Of a stretch of DNA of 64,000 nt, positions 35,991 to 45,434 are shown piece by piece. This stretch comes from an uncultured bacterium (GTDB lineage: Bacteria; Patescibacteriota; Minisyncoccia; Phycocordibacterales; Phycocordibacteraceae): the NCBI GenBank assembly GCA_903825105.1, contig CAIJZI010000006.1, forward strand, positions 87,368 through 151,367, written 5' to 3'. A program made the translations under genes and the position numbers. Numbering within the stretch: position 1 is the first letter of the stretch; the number at the start of each line of letters is the position of its first letter. Under the pieces are notes generated by a model that saw nothing but the letters and a program-made list of their open reading frames with translations, was not told the origin of the DNA and did not search any database.

Positions 35991-37428
35991 TCGCGCTCGC
36001 GAGCGCTTCAGTCACGCCTCTTCGCATACCTTCGCGCACCACTTGAAGCATTGTGGGATTCACCGGCACAGTAGTATAAGAAGGCACTTGATCAGCGAGC
36101 ATTGTTGGCGTAAACAATTTTCCACCATTCGCGATTGCTGCTGTCGCGCGCGCCATCTGCACAGGTGTCACCTGCATCGAATATTGCCCGATAGCAGTAA
36201 AATAGGTATCGCCGAGATACCACTGTTCATTAAATGTTTTTCCTTTCCAATCGGGCGACGGCACGAGCCCTTTCATCTCTCCGGGTAAATCAATGCCAGT
36301 CGTGCTCCCCATCCCAAATTGTTGATACCAATAATCGAGCCGATCGATGCCGAGCCCTTTCTGATTTCCAAATCCGCCACCAACGGTATAAAAGAAAACA
36401 TCCGAGGACCAGGCTATAGCCCTTCGCACATCAACCGGCCCGAGCGCTCTCCATCCGTTATAAATAAATTTTTTCCCTGTGTGATACGGGTCTGGTATAG
36501 CGATCGATCCTGTATCGTTAATAACGGTATTTGGCGTGATAACACCGTCAGTGAGCGCTCCGGCTGAAACAAAGGGCTTCACGATTGATCCAGGAGTATA
36601 GATACCTTGAACCGCATGATCGAGAAAGGCGTTCCCCGGATTTTTATTATACGAAGCGATAACACTCGAGGGCGTACCATTACTCATCACATTTGGATCA
36701 AAAGAAGGATACGAGACAATCGCGCGCACTGCGCCGGTATTCACATCGATAATAACTCCAGCGCCAGCGATAAAATGTTTATTATTTACCGTACTCGAAA
36801 TCGCATCGGCAAATAATTCTTCTAGGCGCGAATCGATTGAGAGACGCACTGTCTTTCCGCTCTCTGCGGGGATAATCGTACCTTCTGAACGAACATTCCC
36901 GACCGCGTCAGTCTCCGTCAATAACTGTCCATTTTTACCCGACAGGAGCGCATCGTACTTCGCTTCGATACCGGCGACCCCTTTTTCTTCAGTTTCATAA
37001 TAAATTCCTTTTGAATCTTTTTTTGGATACGAGACATAGCCGATAATCTGCCCGAACGAAGGAATTGGATATTCGCGGCGCATCACGCCATCTTTATCCT
37101 CAACATTTTGTGCGAGAACTACACCGTTTATGTCAGTAATCACGCTCCGTGGTGCAAAAAGTGTCGCAACATCGAGACTATTGTGTGTGCTCTCTTCTGC
37201 AAAATAGTCACCATTTATAACCTGCAGATTCCACGAACGAACTATCAGAACGATAAAAAGCAGAGATAAAATGATGCTGATAGAAATAAATATGCTGCGC
37301 GGAAGGGGCTTCTCGATTCTTCCTTCAAACATCGCTCGATCGAAGTCTGGTGCGTTTGATGAGTCGAGAAATATCTCATCAGGAGCTATTTCAAAATCCT
37401 GCCGTGCCTTTCGCCTCTTCATCATCAA
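35758..37428 (-). CDS. mrdA: Penicillin-binding protein 2
   Basis: PGSIVK (SxxK), SSD, IGQ, KTGTAQ; downstream of mreB-mreC. Confidence 0.88.
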   Translation of the reverse strand: MMMKRRKARQDFEIAPDEIFLDSSNAPDFDRAMFEGRIEKPLPRSIFISISIILSLLFIVLIVRSWNLQVINGDYFAEESTHNSLDVATLFAPRSVITDINGVVLAQNVEDKDGVMRREYPIPSFGQIIGYVSYPKKDSKGIYYETEEKGVAGIEAKYDALLSGKNGQLLTETDAVGNVRSEGTIIPAESGKTVRLSIDSRLEELFADAISSTVNNKHFIAGAGVIIDVNTGAVRAIVSYPSFDPNVMSNGTPSSVIASYNKNPGNAFLDHAVQGIYTPGSIVKPFVSAGALTDGVITPNTVINDTGSIAIPDPYHTGKKFIYNGWRALGPVDVRRAIAWSSDVFFYTVGGGFGNQKGLGIDRLDYWYQQFGMGSTTGIDLPGEMKGLVPSPDWKGKTFNEQWYLGDTYFTAIGQYSMQVTPVQMARATAAIANGGKLFTPTMLADQVPSYTTVPVNPTMLQVVREGMRRGVTEALASAINLPYVSVAAKTGTAQTGTHNQYDNSWVEGFFPYDKPQYAFAVVLERGPQGAGEQSVNVMQQLFDSLHAESSSYVGQ

Positions 37429-37736
37429 TGTATAGTACTCGTTTGAAGTCGAGTCCGCACGAATATCGCTATGCCAGTTACGAGCAAGCCTAAAATCGTA
37501 TAAAGTGGCACGAGAGTTATTTTCATTGAGTAATAAAGGGTGTCAGCAAATATCCCTATAGCGAGTGGGAGAAGTGGAACAAAAAACGAAGAAACGAGAA
37601 CGAGAAACGCTGTAAACTGCCACGGGAAAAGAATAACTGAAACAAATGCGATGAGTGTGATAAGTATGCGCATCATAAAGGAGTTGTTGTAGCGGAGATA
37701 GAGACTGGCACTCCAGCATCTCTTAAAAGTACCCAT
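37425..37736 (-). CDS. Small integral membrane protein at the MreD position
   Basis: Hydrophobic, between mreC and pbp2; true start probably near 37676. Confidence 0.6.
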   Translation of the reverse strand: MGTFKRCWSASLYLRYNNSFMMRILITLIAFVSVILFPWQFTAFLVLVSSFFVPLLPLAIGIFADTLYYSMKITLVPLYTILGLLVTGIAIFVRTRLQTSTIH

Positions 37737-38500
37737 GTCGTAGAAAAAAGATTTACTGCGGGCACGATGTGTAGTTCTACAGCTGGCGATGAAGGATCAC
37801 TGTCGACACTACCGATGACGCCTATTGGCAAAGCCCCAGGACCTGAAACAAAAACAATGTCACCCACCGCGCTATTCGCAGAACGCGGCATTGTTGCTTT
37901 TATCGCACCAGCGCCAGCGCCGTATAAAGTGATGGGCAATTTTTTATTGCCAAACCACCCATTGGTAGCTGTCCGTGGCGAAGAAAAGAGCACCACACGC
38001 GAGAAGTTTTCTAAGACAGCAGAAACGACTCCGATAGGAGTGCCTTCTCCTCCAAAAGCTTCCATACCAACCTTCACCCCATCGTTACTACCGGCGGCGA
38101 GTACGAGAATATCGTACGGACTCTCTGGAGGACGCGCGACGACGCCAGCATATATCGCCGATGAACAAAAATCAGACTTGCAAGAAAGTCCAGAAATGTC
38201 AGCGACTTTCTGTATGAGTATCTGATTTTCATTCGCGAGTTCAGTGTTCTTTTGTATCAGAACTTCATTTTTTATCGTGAGCCGTTGTGCATTCCCAAAT
38301 CCTGATATAACAGAATGATATTCTTGTGCAATTGCATCGGAGGTATAAAAGACGGGAGAAAAAATATGCCAGAAAAAATTCGGGAAGAGTATGCGAATGA
38401 GACACAAAAAAATTGCCGCTATAAGCGCATACGCTCCGCACGAAAAGTGCTCTGCGGAAAAAAATATTTTATGCTTCGGTAAGTATGTCTTCTTCATCAA
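37673..38500 (-). CDS. mreC: Rod shape-determining protein MreC
   Basis: TM, coiled coil, G..DGVKVGM, IG.V..V..FSRVVL; downstream of mreB. Confidence 0.88.
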   Translation of the reverse strand: MMKKTYLPKHKIFFSAEHFSCGAYALIAAIFLCLIRILFPNFFWHIFSPVFYTSDAIAQEYHSVISGFGNAQRLTIKNEVLIQKNTELANENQILIQKVADISGLSCKSDFCSSAIYAGVVARPPESPYDILVLAAGSNDGVKVGMEAFGGEGTPIGVVSAVLENFSRVVLFSSPRTATNGWFGNKKLPITLYGAGAGAIKATMPRSANSAVGDIVFVSGPGALPIGVIGSVDSDPSSPAVELHIVPAVNLFSTTWVLLRDAGVPVSISATTTPL

Positions 38501-39521
38501 TAAAGAAATCTTCGTACGGCGCCGGATCTTCGGTCACAATACCGGCTCCGCGTACAACAGCCGTGAGAGGGTCTGGCGTCACCTTCACCGGCACGCCGAG
38601 CATCTTCGCGAGCACTTGAGGAAGCCCGCGTAGAAGCGCCCCACCACCGAAAACGGTGACGCCGCGTTCGAGCACATCTGAAAGAAGTTCCGGCGGAGTC
38701 GCTTCAATCACCTCTTTCATCGCATCCATAAGCGTGTCGAGAGAGGGCGATATCGCTTCGCGTATATGTGCATCAGTGAGAAGCACTTCTCGCGGGAGTC
38801 CGGTCGCGAAGTCGCGCCCGCGCACCGTTCGAGAAAGTGTTTCTGAAAGTGGCGTCACCGCACCAATAGAAATTTTCACCTCTTCTGCCGTTCTCTCGCC
38901 TATCCCCAGTTTAAATTCGCTCCGAACAAAATCGATAATGTTTTCATTAAATCTGTCGCCCGCGACGGGCGAACTCTTTGAAGAAACGACTCCTTTAAGA
39001 GCGATAACGGCTATGTCAGTCGTGCCGCCACCAATGTCGAGCACCATTGTCCCCACGGCTTCTGACACCGGGAGCTTCGCACCGATCGCCCCAGCCACTG
39101 CCTCTTCGAGGATAATCGCTTCGCGCGCGCCCGCATTCCGCGCGGCGTCGCGCACTGCGCGGCTCTGTACATTCGTCACACCCGTCGGCACACCGATCAC
39201 CACACGCGAACCAAAGAATCGCATTCTCCCACTCTGTGCTTTATTTATAAAATAGGCGAGCAATTCTTCAGTCACTTCGAAGTCCGAGATAACACCGTGG
39301 GAGAGTGGGCGCACCACGCGAATGTGCGCTGGCGTTTTCCCCAACATCGCCTTAGCTTCTTTCCCGATCGCGACAATCTGATTGGTCTTGTCGTTTACTG
39401 CAACAACGGATGGCTCGGTGAGTACGACGCCGCGACCTTTTACATACACAAGCGTGTTCGTTGTCCCGAGGTCAATCGCGATGTCATTCCCGAAAAATAA
39501 ACTTTTTGAAAACTTCGCCAT
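38469..39521 (-). CDS. mreB: Actin-like MreB (operon copy)
   Basis: IDLGTTNT, EPSVVA, LDIGGGTTD, GGGALL. Confidence 0.95.
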   Translation of the reverse strand: MAKFSKSLFFGNDIAIDLGTTNTLVYVKGRGVVLTEPSVVAVNDKTNQIVAIGKEAKAMLGKTPAHIRVVRPLSHGVISDFEVTEELLAYFINKAQSGRMRFFGSRVVIGVPTGVTNVQSRAVRDAARNAGAREAIILEEAVAGAIGAKLPVSEAVGTMVLDIGGGTTDIAVIALKGVVSSKSSPVAGDRFNENIIDFVRSEFKLGIGERTAEEVKISIGAVTPLSETLSRTVRGRDFATGLPREVLLTDAHIREAISPSLDTLMDAMKEVIEATPPELLSDVLERGVTVFGGGALLRGLPQVLAKMLGVPVKVTPDPLTAVVRGAGIVTEDPAPYEDFFIDEEDILTEA

Positions 39522-39522
39522 A

Positions 39523-40767
39523 TTATGAAATGAGTTCTGCGCGTTCGGCTTTATTTACTTCTCCACTTGCGCGATCCACAATTTCAAATTTCCCCGTATT
39601 CACCGCATCTTTCCCAACCACAATTCTTTTTGGAATACCAAGCAAATCAGAATCAGCGAATTTTTGTCCCGCGCTCATATCGCGATCGTCGTAGAGAACT
39701 TCAACGCCAGCATTTTTTAAATCATTGTAGAGCGCATCGGCGAGTTGCGAAATTTCATCGCCTTCTTTCCCGAGAGAAACAATATGATACTTAAGCGGCG
39801 CGACTGATTCTGGCCAGACGAGCCCTTTATCGTCAGCAAATACCTCAACAATCGTGCCCATCAAGCGCCCGAGGCCGATACCATAACTGCCCATAAAAAC
39901 AGGCGTTGTCTTCCCTTCTGCATCCTTATAAGACAGTCCGAGTGCTTCAGAAAACTTCGTCCCGAGCGTGAAGATGTTGCCTACTTCAATCGCTTTTTCT
40001 TCTTTTAAGTTTTCTTTTTTAATGCCCATTTCTTCATACACTTTTTCATCACCATAGACTTCTTTATTCACTGCTAGTTTTTTTGCATCATCGACATAAA
40101 TAGCGTCTTCTCCCGTGCTACAGACGGTCTGGAATTCGTGTGAATACGGGCTAAATGATCCGCCAGAAGCGTAAGTAAGATAAGTTTTATCGCCGATGCC
40201 AACGCGCGCAAAAATATTTTCATATGCCCGCTTCGCTTTTTCATAAAATGCATCGTGCTCGGCCTTATCTTTTGAAAATGAATACAGATCTTTCATCGTG
40301 AACTCGCGGGTGCGCATAATGCCCGACTTCGCGCGCGTCTCATTTCTAAACTTGTCTTGGAATTGGTAGACATAGCGCGGCAGGTCGCGATACGAAGAGA
40401 TGTGATCGGTCATCAGTCGCGTGAGCGGCTCTTCGTGAGTGAGGCCGAGGCCAACTTCCCCGCCATTTTTAAACGCCGTTTTAAACCACACATCAACCTT
40501 TTCATCACTCCAACGATCAGTCGCCTTCCAGATCTCCGGATCCTGCAGCGCCGAGAGCGACACTTCTTCTCCACCAATCGCGTTCATCTCTTCACGGATA
40601 ATCGCGCGGATCTTCTCAATCACACGCAGACCCAAAGGCAGATAATCATACACACCCGCCATCTCTTTATGAATGTAGCCCGCGCGCACGAGGAGCTGTG
40701 CGTTCTTCGCGACTTCGTCAGCCGGTGCTTCGCGGCGCGTTTTGGTAAAAAGTTCGGATTGCTTCAT
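39523..40767 (-). CDS. proS: Proline--tRNA ligase (short form)
   Basis: AGVYDYLPLG, THEE, KFRNETR..G.MR.REF.MKD, IEVGNIF.LG, MGSYGIG. Confidence 0.95.
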   Translation of the reverse strand: MKQSELFTKTRREAPADEVAKNAQLLVRAGYIHKEMAGVYDYLPLGLRVIEKIRAIIREEMNAIGGEEVSLSALQDPEIWKATDRWSDEKVDVWFKTAFKNGGEVGLGLTHEEPLTRLMTDHISSYRDLPRYVYQFQDKFRNETRAKSGIMRTREFTMKDLYSFSKDKAEHDAFYEKAKRAYENIFARVGIGDKTYLTYASGGSFSPYSHEFQTVCSTGEDAIYVDDAKKLAVNKEVYGDEKVYEEMGIKKENLKEEKAIEVGNIFTLGTKFSEALGLSYKDAEGKTTPVFMGSYGIGLGRLMGTIVEVFADDKGLVWPESVAPLKYHIVSLGKEGDEISQLADALYNDLKNAGVEVLYDDRDMSAGQKFADSDLLGIPKRIVVGKDAVNTGKFEIVDRASGEVNKAERAELIS

Positions 40768-40833
40768 ATCGATATAGTATATGCCCCGTAGGCACTCTGC
40801 GCAAAAGGAAAAGCCCCGCAATGAAGCGGGGCG

Positions 40834-40862
40834 AAATGTGGGACATCGGAAGTCCCACATTT
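40834..40862. repeat. Palindrome family A variant
   Basis: AAATGTGGGAC-ATCGGAA-GTCCCACATTT; core differs by one base from GGACATCCGATGTCC (reverse complement). Confidence 0.75.
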
Positions 40863-40864
40863 TG

Positions 40865-40884
40865 TTCTACCGAAGTTTCGGTAA
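40865..40884. repeat. Palindrome family C, copy 1
   Basis: TTCTACCGAA-GT-TTCGGTAA. Confidence 0.8.
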
Positions 40885-40922
40885 ATGTTGACTTATTTTT
40901 AACAATGGACTATTTTGTCAGC

Positions 40923-41079
40923 GGAGGTTCAGGCAACGCGAAGGTTCAAATCCACGCGAACCAATGACTCACTTGGCACTCGGCCGCAAATAGGCCTTTA
41001 AGATCCGGCAAGCTGCCGCTACTGGATTGGCCCAGCCCAGTTGCCAAGAAGAGACTTTTCAAAGGTCGCCTGAACTTCC
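40923..41079 (+). ncRNA. Candidate structured ncRNA, 6S RNA-like
   Basis: TTGACT-N17-TATTTT promoter; closing stem GGAGGTTCAGGC/GCCTGAACTTCC; inner stem CTTGGCA/TGCCAAG; terminator follows. Confidence 0.6.
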
Positions 41080-41088
41080 CCAAATCAT

Positions 41089-41116
41089 AGCCGCACTTCG
41101 GTGCGGCTTTTGTTTT
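41089..41116 (+). terminator. Intrinsic terminator
   Basis: AGCCGCAC-TTCG-GTGCGGCT followed by TTTGTTTTT. Confidence 0.88.
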
Positions 41117-41122
41117 TCATAA

Positions 41123-41142
41123 TTCTACCGAAACTTCGGTAA
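41123..41142. repeat. Palindrome family C, copy 2
   Basis: TTCTACCGAA-AC-TTCGGTAA; centre inverted relative to copy 1. Confidence 0.8.
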
Positions 41143-41145
41143 GTT

Positions 41146-42264
41146 TTACCCAACGATTTTGAAAATATCGTGCGCGGTGACGACGAGCATGAGGATAATA
41201 AGAAAGGCGAAGCCGAGAGCGTTTACCACTTTAAAAACTTTTTGATTTATCGGTCGGCGAATAATGCTTTCAATAATGACGAACAGAAGCCGCCCGCCGT
41301 CGAGCGCGGGGATTGGAATGAGATTTATTAAAGCGAGATTAATAGAAATGACGGCAAAAAAAGAGAGGATGTTCCCGAAACCTTGTGAAGAGTATTCGCC
41401 AACGGCATTCACTATCCCTACCGGCCCCGCGACCTGTGACAAGTCAGCACGAAGCATAAAAGCACTCGCGAAAAAATGTACAAGCCCTTCTGTGGTTAAA
41501 ACGATCGTGCCCCAGGTGAGCGATGCTCCCTCATTTATCGCTTTTAGAAATGATACGGGGACAACGCCGACAGTCGCGACTTCGACGCCGAGCGTGTAGG
41601 TGTTTAATTTTGTCGGAACAACGCCGAGCGCGGGCGTCGCGGTAATTATTTTTTCAATTCCATTGTGTTTAATGGTGAGAGCAATAACTTCGCCATTACT
41701 CGCCGCGACGAATGATGAGAAGCTTGTTGTATCAATAAAATGCCCCTCGACTCCGCTCTGGGCAAACCATTCACCATTCGAATATTTCGCGCTTAAAATA
41801 GAATCACCCGCAGTGAGCCCGGCGCGCGCAGCAGGAGTGTTTGGCAAGACATTTGCGATAGCGAGCTCAACATTTTTAGCACCAGCGATTTCATTTTGAG
41901 AAAGTGCTCGCGGCGTCCCAGCGACAAGCGCACTCGTGATAAGAATGTAGGCGAAGACGAGATTCATCGTGATGCCGGCTATGAGAACTACGGCCTGCGC
42001 GAAACGGTTTTTTGAAGTGAATGCTCGCGGATCCTTTTTCTCCGGTTCAGAGTCTTCACCAAATATTTTCACGAATCCACCAAAAGGCAGCCAGTTAAGC
42101 GAAATAATTGTCTCGCCGATCTTCCCTATCTTCGCGATGCGCGGCGGATAGCCGAGACCAAATTCATCGACACGCATCTTCGCTACCTTCGCCGCAACAA
42201 AATGCCCCACCTCGTGCACAAGGATAAGCACGACGATGCCAACAATAAAAATTAAAATATTCAT
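41146..42264 (-). CDS. rseP: Site-2 (M50) membrane zinc protease with PDZ
   Basis: HEVGH, LPFGGFVKI, GPVGI, NLIPIPALDGG. Confidence 0.93.
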   Translation of the reverse strand: MNILIFIVGIVVLILVHEVGHFVAAKVAKMRVDEFGLGYPPRIAKIGKIGETIISLNWLPFGGFVKIFGEDSEPEKKDPRAFTSKNRFAQAVVLIAGITMNLVFAYILITSALVAGTPRALSQNEIAGAKNVELAIANVLPNTPAARAGLTAGDSILSAKYSNGEWFAQSGVEGHFIDTTSFSSFVAASNGEVIALTIKHNGIEKIITATPALGVVPTKLNTYTLGVEVATVGVVPVSFLKAINEGASLTWGTIVLTTEGLVHFFASAFMLRADLSQVAGPVGIVNAVGEYSSQGFGNILSFFAVISINLALINLIPIPALDGGRLLFVIIESIIRRPINQKVFKVVNALGFAFLIILMLVVTAHDIFKIVG

Positions 42265-42812
42265 TCAGCGATTTCTGTATGTTTGCGTTCAAGAATCTTC
42301 AAGAGAGACTCATTACCCGCATCGATTAATTTCTGCACCTCTGTTTTAAGTCGAGAAATTTCATCCTTCCCTACGCCACCTTCTTTTTCTGATGCGTCGA
42401 GCGCCTTGAGTGCGTCGGTTCGATATGAGCGCAGTGTCACCTTCGCTTGCTCCGTTTTATCGCCTGCGATTTTTGAAAGTTGTGTACGGCGTTCGCTTGT
42501 GAGCTCGGGGAATGAAACGCGTAAGCCCTGATCGTCGGTGGCGATGCCGACACCGAGATTCGCATCGGTAATGCCCTTTTCTATTTTCTTCACGAGCGAC
42601 ATATCCCAAGGGATGATGCGAAGCGTTCGAGCGTCTTCAACAGAAATCGAGGCGAGCTCGCGCAGCGGCGTGTGCGTATCATAGGCTTCAGCCTTCACTC
42701 CGTCGAGTAGTGTTGGCGCGGCGCGGCCAGTGCGGATACCAGAAAGCTCTTTTTTAAGCCATTCTTCTGTTTCGGTAATATTTGTTTTTAATTTTGAAAA
42801 GTCGTAGGTCAT
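42261..42812 (-). CDS. frr: Ribosome recycling factor
   Basis: IRTGRA, IIPWD, PELTSERR. Confidence 0.96.
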   Translation of the reverse strand: MTYDFSKLKTNITETEEWLKKELSGIRTGRAAPTLLDGVKAEAYDTHTPLRELASISVEDARTLRIIPWDMSLVKKIEKGITDANLGVGIATDDQGLRVSFPELTSERRTQLSKIAGDKTEQAKVTLRSYRTDALKALDASEKEGGVGKDEISRLKTEVQKLIDAGNESLLKILERKHTEIAE

Positions 42813-42853
42813 AAAATAGTTTGTAGGTTATAGGGAGTAGGTCGTAGTTAATT

Positions 42854-43552
42854 CTATAGCAAATGCGACGGAATGACGAGTGAGAGATGTTCGAGAATCA
42901 TCTTTACCGGCGCGCTACGGTCGTAGAGATATGTGCGTAAAACAGCAATGTCAGAAAGAAGCGCTGCGGCTTCGCCGCCGCGCTTCTTGAATTTTTCATA
43001 CGCTACCATCTCAACACCATTTAAAATCGCGATCGCGTCATCGCGATGCTCGCGCCGTTCTTCTTCGTCATCACCACTCGCGAGCTTTTTAATCAGTGCA
43101 CTTCTTTTTTCTTTATTGGCTTTCAAAAATTCTTTGGAGCTTTCTGAAATGATGGATTTCGTAAACCCATCATTTGACTCTTTTACATTATTCAACACTT
43201 GCACGCGCGAACGCAAAGTTGGGAGAAGGCTACCAAGCGACGGCAATACCAGAAAAATATAAGTGTTTGGAGGTGGCTCTTCAAAAAGTTTTAAAAGCGC
43301 GTTTTGTGCTTCGTGATAAGCGCGACTCGCCGTGATGATGAGAGCTTTAGACTCTCCACTGAAGGGCGCGCTCGCCGCGATCTCGCAGACCTTCCGCGCA
43401 TCATCAACAGAAAAGAGTCCGTAGCGTAAAACAACAAGATCAGGATTGCTCATTTCTGCTTTCATCTTCAATTCCTTCTCCACCCACGCTCCCGCCACCT
43501 TAATTCCCTCCTCTGCCTCTGCTTCAATAACAAATGCGTGATGTAGTGTCAT
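42854..43552 (-). CDS. holB: DNA polymerase III delta-prime-like subunit (short)
   Basis: HHAF, NPDL, EAQNALLKLFEEPP, LLPTLRSR. Confidence 0.8.
   Translation of the reverse strand: MTLHHAFVIEAEAEEGIKVAGAWVEKELKMKAEMSNPDLVVLRYGLFSVDDARKVCEIAASAPFSGESKALIITASRAYHEAQNALLKLFEEPPPNTYIFLVLPSLGSLLPTLRSRVQVLNNVKESNDGFTKSIISESSKEFLKANKEKRSALIKKLASGDDEEERREHRDDAIAILNGVEMVAYEKFKKRGGEAAALLSDIAVLRTYLYDRSAPVKMILEHLSLVIPSHLL
43147..43174. repeat. Palindrome family D, copy 2 (inside holB)
   Basis: Exact 28-bp match to 7360-7387. Confidence 0.9.
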
Positions 43553-44574
43553 TGCTTCGTTAAAATGCTTTTTTTGTAAGTATCCAAATGTTTGAGCGCG
43601 ATGCCGGTGCCGCGCGCGACACAGAAGTAGGGGTCGGTCGCTAGCTTCGCGATAACGCCTGTTCGGCGATAGACGAGCTCCGGCATTTGACGGAGCTGTG
43701 ACGAGCCGCCGGTTAGAATAATGCCATTGTCGATAATGTCGGCGGCGAGCTCGGGCGGGGTGTCCTGTAGCACCTTTCGTATCGCCTGCGTCATCTCGCG
43801 CAGTTCGCGGCTCATCGCCTGCACGATGTCGTTGGTCGAGAGGTCAACCGTGCGCGGCAGCCCGCTCATTAAGTCACGACCTTTTATCGGATACGAGATT
43901 TCTTCATTGAGCGGAACCGCGGCACCGATTTTTATTTTTATTTCTTCAGCTGTCTTGTCGCCGATCGCGAGATTGTGCTGCTTCTTCAAATGATCAACAA
44001 TCGCGTGGTCGAGCCTATCGCCCGCACACTTCACCGAGGTCGAGGCGACGATGCCGCCAAGAGAAATCACCGCGACATCGATCGTGCCGCCGCCGATGTC
44101 GACGACCATTCGCCCCATCGGTTCGTGAATCGGGATGCCCGCGCCAATCGCAGCGAGAATTGGCTCTTTAACCACATAGGCATTCTTCGCGCCGGCTTTG
44201 AGCGCCGCTTCGATCACTGCTCTCTTTTCTGTCGAAGTGACGCCAGCGGGTACAGAAATAAGAACGGTCGGCTTAAAAGGATTTCTGCCGAGCGCCTTAC
44301 GCATAAAATATTTCAACATCGCTTCAGTCACGCGATAATCAGCGATGACGCCGTCCTTCATTGGGCGATACGCGGCGATGTCATCGGGCGTTCTACCGAC
44401 CATCTGCTTCGCTTCAGCACCAATAGCGAGAATCTTATTACTCACACGCGAGTTCGCGGCTCGATTCACTGCGACAACTGACGGCTCATTTATCACCACA
44501 CCCTTCCCGGGCAAGAAAACAAGAATATTCGTCGTCCCTAAGTCAATCCCGAGTTTTGGAGAAAAGAAAGACAT
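43549..44574 (-). CDS. mreB: Actin-like MreB/Mbl (second paralog)
   Basis: IDLGTTN, EPSVVA, VDIGGGT, LTGGSSQL. Confidence 0.93.
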   Translation of the reverse strand: MSFFSPKLGIDLGTTNILVFLPGKGVVINEPSVVAVNRAANSRVSNKILAIGAEAKQMVGRTPDDIAAYRPMKDGVIADYRVTEAMLKYFMRKALGRNPFKPTVLISVPAGVTSTEKRAVIEAALKAGAKNAYVVKEPILAAIGAGIPIHEPMGRMVVDIGGGTIDVAVISLGGIVASTSVKCAGDRLDHAIVDHLKKQHNLAIGDKTAEEIKIKIGAAVPLNEEISYPIKGRDLMSGLPRTVDLSTNDIVQAMSRELREMTQAIRKVLQDTPPELAADIIDNGIILTGGSSQLRQMPELVYRRTGVIAKLATDPYFCVARGTGIALKHLDTYKKSILTKQ

Positions 44575-44604
44575 CGTTCCTATAGTAATGGTACGATACC
44601 TCCT

Positions 44605-44901
44605 ATGCAAGGAGGAATGAAATCAATCGGAGAAATTCTTCCAGAATTTGAGAAAAAAATGGCGGACGCGCCAAAAGGAAGAAAAAGGAAAACGGAGCGC
44701 GGCGAGATGATGCGCTTCTTCCTGCGCCACTTGAATTATTCGCGAAAGAACGACGGGCTCGCGCCGATCACGATGGCACACCTCGGCACGATTCTTGAAA
44801 AAATCCCGACGGGCGATCTTTATTATTTAAAAAGTGTGTGCAGCCAGGCGAAAAATTTTAGTAAAAAGTTTTGGTGGGAACTCGACCCGACGAAGCATTA
44901 A
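44605..44901 (+). CDS. Hypothetical protein
   Basis: 98-aa basic ORF (DLYYLKSVC..FSKKFWW); TGGTACGAT just upstream. Confidence 0.7.
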   Translation: MQGGMKSIGEILPEFEKKMADAPKGRKRKTERGEMMRFFLRHLNYSRKNDGLAPITMAHLGTILEKIPTGDLYYLKSVCSQAKNFSKKFWWELDPTKH

Positions 44902-44918
44902 AAAGGAATTGGGAAAGG

Positions 44919-44949
44919 AAAAACCGCCGCGCTTCGGAAAGCGCGGCGG
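44919..44949 (-). terminator. Intrinsic terminator
   Basis: CCGCCGCGCT-loop-AGCGCGGCGG with a T-run on the minus strand. Confidence 0.8.
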
Positions 44950-44960
44950 CTGATTTGGAA

Positions 44961-45329
44961 CTAGAGCTCGTTGAAGCTAAGCCCACGAGCCTCCGAAATG
45001 AAATCTCGCTGGCTCTGGCCGCTGACCTCCTGCTTCGCCTTCTCCGCGGCCTTTGCTGCCGCTGTCTCCAACTGCAGAGCGAGGCTGTCAGCGACTTCGA
45101 AGTCATCGTCTTTAATAACCCATCCTCCGCCTTTTGCTTTGAGCTCACTCAAGCGAGTCTGCCAGGCGACCATGATGTCAGAGATCGTCGCCGGCGGATA
45201 CTTCGTGTTCCTGATGTTGAAAGCAACGATTCTGAGATCGCTGCCCGTTGCCTCACGGATCGTCTTGATGATTGACTCGTGTGCCGGCAGAAAGACATTA
45301 CCAACCATCGACACTGAATTTTTCTCCAT
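44961..45329 (-). CDS. Hypothetical protein (ORFan cassette)
   Basis: GGGGAG SD, own terminator. Confidence 0.65.
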   Translation of the reverse strand: MEKNSVSMVGNVFLPAHESIIKTIREATGSDLRIVAFNIRNTKYPPATISDIMVAWQTRLSELKAKGGGWVIKDDDFEVADSLALQLETAAAKAAEKAKQEVSGQSQRDFISEARGLSFNEL

Positions 45330-45434
45330 ATTTTCTCCCCATTTTAGAATGTACAACCGCAGTCAAAATAACACCACTACGCGAATGCGTCAACACTTCT
45401 TTGACAGAAAGAGTAATGCTATGCTGTATTTATT

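Noticed and set aside
38656-39255. Long antisense ORFs such as 936-1481, 38656-39255, 52400-53041 and 58618-59217
   Set aside because: They are shadows of well-supported genes on the opposite strand and carry no motifs.
40768-40860. N-terminal extensions of proS, rsmH, greA, murF and alkD in the ORF track
   Set aside because: They overlap hairpins or neighbouring genes, and downstream ATGs match the family N-termini.
40923-41079. SRP RNA, tmRNA or RNase P identity for this RNA or the one near 56 kb
   Set aside because: It lacks the SRP domain IV motif, the tmRNA GGGG/CCACCA ends and the RNase P GAGGAAAGTCC motif.
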